Shown in pieces: positions 27,235 to 32,000 of a stretch of 32,000 bases of DNA. Numbering within the stretch: position 1 is the stretch's first letter; every line of letters starts with the position of its first letter. Source of the DNA: Moraxella nasicaprae (GTDB lineage: Bacteria > Pseudomonadota > Gammaproteobacteria > Pseudomonadales > Moraxellaceae). The notes beneath the pieces were generated by a model. That model saw only the letters and a program-made list of their open reading frames with translations. It searched no databases and was not told the DNA's origin. Both the position numbers and the translations under genes were made by a program. The DNA is taken from contig NZ_CP089977.1 of the NCBI RefSeq assembly GCF_025643275.1, forward strand, positions 660,001 to 692,000, given 5' to 3'.

Positions 27235-27831
27235 TTACTTGATGAGCTGTAAAGCAGTCTGTGCCAATCTACTGCCTTGTGCCATTGCCAAGATTTTTTC
27301 GTCTTGGCTGAGTGTCAAATCATGACGAGACCCCGACACACCTGTTGCCCCATAAGGCGTACCGCCACGAGTGGTGTGTGATAACTCAGGGTGCTTATAT
27401 GGTAAACCCATCACCATCATGCCGTGATGCAATAATGGCATCATCATCGTCAAAAGAGTGCTTTCTTGACCGCCGTGCAAACTGCCCGAACTGCCAAACA
27501 CACACGCAGGCTTGCCCTGCAAACCGCCAGACAGCCAAACCGACACCGTATTATCCCAAAAATACTTCATATTTGCCGACATATTCCCAAAATACACAGG
27601 GCTGCCCAACGCCAGACCGATGCAATCATGCAAATCATCAGCCGTGCAATACAAATCGCCAGCGTCAGGAATGACATCTGCCACCTGCTCGCAAACGGCA
27701 GAAACTTTTGGTACGCAGCGAATACGCACCCCAACCCCAGCGTCCGTCACGCCCTGTGCAATCAGATACGCCAGCTCTTTGGTTGTGCCGTGTGCCGAAT
27801 CATACAATACCAAGATATACTCTGACATCAT
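27235..27831 (-). CDS. wrbA: NAD(P)H:quinone oxidoreductase, type IV (WrbA, flavodoxin-like)
   Basis: MMSEYILVLYDSAHGTTKELA is the flavodoxin-like FMN loop, with GSPVYFGNM and GGQESTLL. SD AAGAGG lies upstream of the ATG at 27831. The ORF-track extension to 27861 was rejected. Confidence 0.85.
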   Translation of the reverse strand: MMSEYILVLYDSAHGTTKELAYLIAQGVTDAGVGVRIRCVPKVSAVCEQVADVIPDAGDLYCTADDLHDCIGLALGSPVYFGNMSANMKYFWDNTVSVWLSGGLQGKPACVFGSSGSLHGGQESTLLTMMMPLLHHGMMVMGLPYKHPELSHTTRGGTPYGATGVSGSRHDLTLSQDEKILAMAQGSRLAQTALQLIK

Positions 27832-28002
27832 TGACCTCTTATTGATGTGATGTTTGCCCATATTATAGCAAGTTTTGGCATAAAAATCGCATCACACAAC
27901 TCATCGTGATACACAATTACTCACATAAAATCCCAAAATGTTGGTGCATTTTTTGATACACTATACAGATTAAACAAACAACTTGATTGATTTTTTATTA
28001 CC

Positions 28003-29472
28003 ATGACTCATTTATTAAACAAACTTCCTTTTGCTCATCATGGCTGGTTCATGTATTTACGCCTGCTGTTTCGTCATTTTACCCAAGATGAATGCCAGCA
28101 AAAAGCCGCCAGCCTGACTTATACCACGCTACTGTCCATCGTACCTGTTTTGACGGTTGTGCTGGTGGTGTTTTCCAGCATTCCAGCCCTACAAGGCGTG
28201 CGAGAACAAGTCCAAAACATCATCTATGATAATGTCATGCCATCATCTGGCGTACAAATCAGTCAATATATCCAAACCTTCGCCGAAAAATCAAGCAATC
28301 TTGGCATTGTGGGCGTACTGGGGCTGTTTGTTACGGCCATTTTGACACTCAACACCATCGAACATACATTCAACCATATTTGGCGAGTGCAAGAGCGTTC
28401 TGGCGGTATGGCAAGCCTGATTCGTTACTGGGTCATGATTACGCTTGGCCCGATTGTGCTTGGTGTGATTTTTGGTGCATCTAGTGCCATTCAAAGCCTA
28501 AGTTTTTTGAACCAAAAATTTGCAGGCTACGGCATTGATTGGGGTGTTTGGGCGTATTTGGTGTCTTTTGCCCTGATGGTGGCAGGCTTTATTGGCATGT
28601 ATTGGTTTATCCCAAAAGCACAAGTACCCATCAAAAACGCTGCCATTGCAGGTTTGGTCATCGCCATTTTGTTTGAAACACTCAAACAAATTTTTGGCAC
28701 GGTGATGAGCAACTTTACCAGTTATGAGGCGATTTATGGTGCTTTTGCCGCTTTGCCGATTTTTTTATTGTGGATTTATTTGTCGTGGAATTTGATTTTA
28801 TTGGGGGTGCAAATCAGCTACACCTTGACCATTTTTGATACCAAAGAGACACCCGTTCGTCACCCATTGCTTAGCCTGCTTGATATGCTAAATTTGGCAT
28901 ACAAAAAATATCAACAAGGCGAAAGTGTCAGTGAAAATGAACTGCGTGGTATGTTGGGTCGCAAGGAATTACCAAAATGGAATATCTATCTAGGTCAATT
29001 ATTAACCAATAATCTACTCATCCCCACCAAAGATGGGCAATACACCCTCAAAACTGACCTAAAAACCGTTAATTTATGGCAATTTTACAAAAAGCTCCCT
29101 TATCCTTTGCCCATTCGAGATGAATTGGAGCAGCTGGTGTCAGCCGATAATGACCCATGGTTTGATGAACTGTATGATGAGCTGATTAAAATTGAAAAAG
29201 TCGCCAGCAAAGAATTAGACATCACGCTGACCGACTTGTTTGATGGCGTACCACTTCGTAAAAAACAGCCCATCGTCAGCATTGATGATGAAGACCATCA
29301 AGAAACTGGCGAACTGCTGGGTTTTGACCAAAAAGCTCGTAAAACCATCGATGAATTTGGCAATGCCGTCATCATTCCAGATGGTAAGGGCAAGTCTGCA
29401 ACCACACTCAAAAAACTCATCAGCTCAGTACCAGCTTTCATCACACGACATCTATCTAGATTTAAGCGATGA
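28003..29472 (+). CDS. yihY: YihY/BrkB-family inner-membrane protein with a ~200-aa C-terminal soluble extension
   Basis: ASLTYTTLLSIVPVLTVV, a polytopic core of about 290 aa, and then a hydrophilic tail that the 290-aa E. coli YihY lacks. Confidence 0.8.
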   Translation: MTHLLNKLPFAHHGWFMYLRLLFRHFTQDECQQKAASLTYTTLLSIVPVLTVVLVVFSSIPALQGVREQVQNIIYDNVMPSSGVQISQYIQTFAEKSSNLGIVGVLGLFVTAILTLNTIEHTFNHIWRVQERSGGMASLIRYWVMITLGPIVLGVIFGASSAIQSLSFLNQKFAGYGIDWGVWAYLVSFALMVAGFIGMYWFIPKAQVPIKNAAIAGLVIAILFETLKQIFGTVMSNFTSYEAIYGAFAALPIFLLWIYLSWNLILLGVQISYTLTIFDTKETPVRHPLLSLLDMLNLAYKKYQQGESVSENELRGMLGRKELPKWNIYLGQLLTNNLLIPTKDGQYTLKTDLKTVNLWQFYKKLPYPLPIRDELEQLVSADNDPWFDELYDELIKIEKVASKELDITLTDLFDGVPLRKKQPIVSIDDEDHQETGELLGFDQKARKTIDEFGNAVIIPDGKGKSATTLKKLISSVPAFITRHLSRFKR

Positions 29473-29478
29473 GTTTTT

Positions 29479-29515
29479 ATCCCTGCCATCCCTACTTTTG
29501 GCAGGGATTTTTTTA
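29479..29515 (+). terminator. intrinsic terminator after yihY
   Basis: Arms atccctgcc and ggcagggat (9 bp) with a 12-nt loop, followed by T7. Confidence 0.75.
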
Positions 29516-29873
29516 TAAAATTTTATCGCAAACATCAAATCCATCGCACCAAAAAAAGTAGTCAAAGCACCATTGGCGATGTCGTTAAGATGCACGCCAT
29601 GATTTGCCATGGTTAATGTAAAAAATCCAACGCAAGCCATCACGCCATGATGAGACTGACGAATGATTTTTGTGGTGTACTAAGATGAATTTGACATCAC
29701 TTTTAGCCGACACAAGCCATCATATTGTCATGGCTTGCTTGTTTTGATGGTGTAATGGTATCCAAACGGTCATTATGACACCCCATCAATCCATCGCAAT
29801 GACATCAAGCATAGATTTAACATAATCCAGCAAAATGATACCAAAAAACACCGATGTCATCTTAGCTGCAATC

Positions 29874-29906
29874 AAAAACCCCAAATCGACTGACTTGGGG
29901 TTTTTG
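29874..29906 (-). terminator. intrinsic terminator after the autotransporter gene
   Basis: aaaaACCCCAAatcgactgaCTTGGGGTtttt. On the minus strand the hairpin is followed by tttttgattg. Confidence 0.7.
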
Positions 29907-29928
29907 ATTGATTGGCTTGTGAATTTAA

Positions 29929-32000
29929 TTAGAATTCATAGCCTAAACCAACGCCTGCACCGATGGTTTTTTGGGTATTGGCATCGACATTCATCTTAAT
30001 CGTGATTCTGCCATTGTCGCTACGGCTTGAAAAGCCCACAGCAACCGCAGCTTGGTCTCGATAAGAACCTAAGCCAAATGCCAGCATTGATTTGCCAACC
30101 GTGCTTACCTGTGGCAAGGCGGCAGTAGCACGAGAACCTGCCAAACCTGCTTCTAGGTTTTGCTCCACACCATCAATGTGCTGACGCAAATTGTTGATGT
30201 ATTGGTTGGTTGCAAATAACTGCGACCCATTGACAGCATCGGTTGAATTGGCAGAAATCACACCTGGTGCAACATTGCTCACCACATTATGACCCATATT
30301 GACCGTACCTTGTGCATTGACCGTTAGGCTATTTGTCGTGATTGCATTGGCTGTTACCGTGTCGGCTGTCAGCGTGTCTGCAACTTTAACATTGTTAAAC
30401 GATACATCATCGGTCGTGGTGATGCTTAATTTACCAGCATTTTGGGTGATGGCGATGTTATCACCTGCATTGATGGTAACCGTATTACCTGGATTAACCA
30501 GCTCTTTGCTTGAACCTGATACCTTGCCTGTGCCAGATGCACTGGTGGTTAGGGTAAATCCTGAGTTGTTAATCGCTTTGGCAACATCATCAGCAGTCAC
30601 CAATGCAGCAGTCGCCACCGCCAAGTCTTGTTGGGCGTTAGTCACAGCGGTTTGGGCTGCTTGACGCTCCGCTGGTGTGGCGGTTGTTGGCAATTTCGCC
30701 AATGCAGTTTGGGCATTGGTTAATGCAGTTTGGGCATTAGTCACAGGACTGATGGCAGAACCTGCTTTTTCTTGACCTGCTGGAACACCCTCAATGCTGG
30801 CTGTATGTGCGTCAATCTTGACGGTGCTATTTTTACCATCGCCATTTGTAACGGTAGCGATTGTGCCTTTGCCATCAATAAAGTTGATGTTGTCGCCAGC
30901 TTGTACCACATCTTTGGTTTCGCCATTGTTTTGCAGATTCCAATCGCCAGCTGCTTGACCTACCTCGCCATCTTTACCATCTCTACCATCTTTGACTACG
31001 GTAGTGGTGGTGCCATTGACATCGGTAACGGTGATGGTATGGGTGCCATCTTGATTGTTGGTTACTGTGGCGATGGCATTTTGACCGTCTTTACCGTCTT
31101 TACCATCAGCACCTTTTTCACCTTGGTCACCTTTGTCACCTTTTAGGCCTTGGATACCTTGTTCGCCTTGGTCACCTTTGTCACCTTTAGCACCGTCTTT
31201 ACCGTTCTTGATGTCAAAGGTTTTTTCGCCAGTAGCATCAGTGATGGTGACGGTTGAGCCTGTGTCGTTGGTGTCAACGGTTACAGTTGGGCTAAAGCCG
31301 TCAGCACCTTTTTCACCTTGGATACCTTGTTCGCCTTGGATACCTTGTTCACCTTTTAGGCCTTGGATACCTTGTTCACCTTGGTCACCTTTGTCACCTT
31401 TTAGGCCTTGGATACCTTGTTCGCCTTGGTCACCTTTGTCACCTTTAGCACCGTCTTTACCGTTCTTGATGTCAAAGGTTTTTTCGCCAGTAGCATCAGT
31501 GATGGTGACGGTTGAGCCTGTGTCGTTGGTGTCAACGGTTACAGTTGGGCTAAAGCCGTCAGCACCTTTTTCACCTTGGATACCTTGTTCGCCTTGGTCA
31601 CCTTTGTCACCTTTTAGGCCTTGGATACCTTGTTCACCTTGGTCACCTTTGTCACCTTTTAGGCCTTGGATACCTTGTTCGCCTTGGTCACCTTTGTCAC
31701 CTTTAGCACCGTCTTTACCGTTCTTGATGTCAAAGGTTTTTTCGCCAGTAGCATCAGTGATGGTGACGGTTGAGCCTGTGTCGTTGGTGTCAACGGTTAC
31801 AGTTGGGCTAAAGCCGTCAGCACCTTTTTCACCTTGGATACCTTGTTCGCCTTGGTCACCTTTGTCACCTTTTAGGCCTTGGATACCTTGTTCGCCTTGG
31901 TCACCTTTGTCACCTTTAGCACCGTCTTTACCGTTCTTGATGTCAAAGGTTTTTTCGCCAGTAGCATCAGTGATGGTGACGGTTGAGCCTGTGTCGTTGG
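29929..32000 (-). CDS. trimeric autotransporter adhesin, C-terminal part (the gene continues beyond the window)
   Basis: The YadA-type anchor reads AVNGSQLFATNQYINNL...ALPQV...AFGLGSYRDQAAVAVGFS...GAGVGLGYEF-stop. A Trp-ring/GIN-like segment GDWNLQNNGETKDVVQAGDNINFIDGKG lies upstream. My hand translation shows the frame stays open from 30909 to 32000. The ORF-track start at 30909 is an internal GTG codon, so it reflects only the absence of any ATG, GTG or TTG codon further upstream in that frame. Confidence 0.9.
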   Translation of the reverse strand, partial: NDTGSTVTITDATGEKTFDIKNGKDGAKGDKGDQGEQGIQGLKGDKGDQGEQGIQGEKGADGFSPTVTVDTNDTGSTVTITDATGEKTFDIKNGKDGAKGDKGDQGEQGIQGLKGDKGDQGEQGIQGLKGDKGDQGEQGIQGEKGADGFSPTVTVDTNDTGSTVTITDATGEKTFDIKNGKDGAKGDKGDQGEQGIQGLKGDKGDQGEQGIQGLKGEQGIQGEQGIQGEKGADGFSPTVTVDTNDTGSTVTITDATGEKTFDIKNGKDGAKGDKGDQGEQGIQGLKGDKGDQGEKGADGKDGKDGQNAIATVTNNQDGTHTITVTDVNGTTTTVVKDGRDGKDGEVGQAAGDWNLQNNGETKDVVQAGDNINFIDGKGTIATVTNGDGKNSTVKIDAHTASIEGVPAGQEKAGSAISPVTNAQTALTNAQTALAKLPTTATPAERQAAQTAVTNAQQDLAVATAALVTADDVAKAINNSGFTLTTSASGTGKVSGSSKELVNPGNTVTINAGDNIAITQNAGKLSITTTDDVSFNNVKVADTLTADTVTANAITTNSLTVNAQGTVNMGHNVVSNVAPGVISANSTDAVNGSQLFATNQYINNLRQHIDGVEQNLEAGLAGSRATAALPQVSTVGKSMLAFGLGSYRDQAAVAVGFSSRSDNGRITIKMNVDANTQKTIGAGVGLGYEF
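30701..30742 (-). repeat. 21-nt tandem duplication within the adhesin stalk (encodes TNAQTAL twice)
   Basis: aatgcagtttgggcattggtt followed by aatgcagtttgggcattagtc, with 2 mismatches. Confidence 0.8.
31084..32000 (-). repeat. nested tandem repeats encoding collagen-like G-X-Y tracts alternating with a beta module
   Basis: The same >140-nt block (agcaccgtctttaccgttcttgatgtcaaagg...) recurs at 31189, 31447, 31705 and 31918, giving spacings of 258, 258 and 213 nt. The length difference equals one 45-nt sub-repeat (GLKGDKGDQGEQGIQ). The array runs off the window. Confidence 0.92.

Noticed and set aside
29452-29643. 63-aa minus-strand ORF and the ~450-nt apparently non-coding stretch between yihY and the adhesin gene. 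The stretch includes a hairpin, caagccat-N9-atggcttg, near 29722-29746.
   Set aside because: The ORF overlaps the yihY 3' end and terminator and has no RBS. It could be a gene remnant or an sRNA locus, but I cannot support either from the sequence alone.
30299-31146. Plus-strand ORFs 30299..30664 and 30730..31146, opposite the adhesin gene.
   Set aside because: They are the antisense frame of a repeat-rich gene with biased composition. The minus-strand frame carries the YadA anchor and runs uninterrupted, so these are shadows.

Overview
This window reads as a mostly housekeeping chromosomal segment of an AT-leaning gammaproteobacterium. Gene content and protein sequences look Moraxellaceae-like, but that is inference only. 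I support 28 protein-coding genes: serB, an SCP2-domain protein, bioB, hemJ, rph, two paralogous fadD acyl-CoA ligases, coaBC, a TauE/SafE exporter, nhaA, pta, ackA, the conserved lptM(yifL)-lysA-dapF-xerC cluster, a VOC-family protein, groES-groEL, a DUF3108-like exported protein, wrbA with a small membrane partner, a long yihY/BrkB-family protein and several small hypotheticals. I found no rRNA, tRNA, CRISPR array, transposase or integrase other than xerC, and no obvious multi-gene defence or toxin island. Two regions look accessory. (1) A two-gene catecholate-siderophore piracy cassette (TonB-dependent receptor plus a lipoprotein IroE/Fes-like esterase) lies in opposite orientation between the two fadD paralogs. 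It has a candidate Fur box, and an orphan terminator-like structure sits at one edge. (2) The right end (29929..32000, minus strand, running off the window) is the C-terminal part of a trimeric autotransporter adhesin. Its passenger contains long proline-free collagen-like Gly-X-Y tracts alternating with a ~35-aa beta module, encoded by near-perfect nested tandem repeats (258/258/213-nt units with a 45-nt sub-repeat). This is the most unusual thing I can see. Smaller observations are mosaic identity tracts between the fadD paralogs, a recurrent ACCCCAAG/CTTGGGGT hairpin core (one copy inside the xerC 5' end), an extended -10 element in a terminator loop, a split ackA/pta pair with a short Pta, and several palindromes. 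All functional names come from motif recognition by eye; no searches were run.
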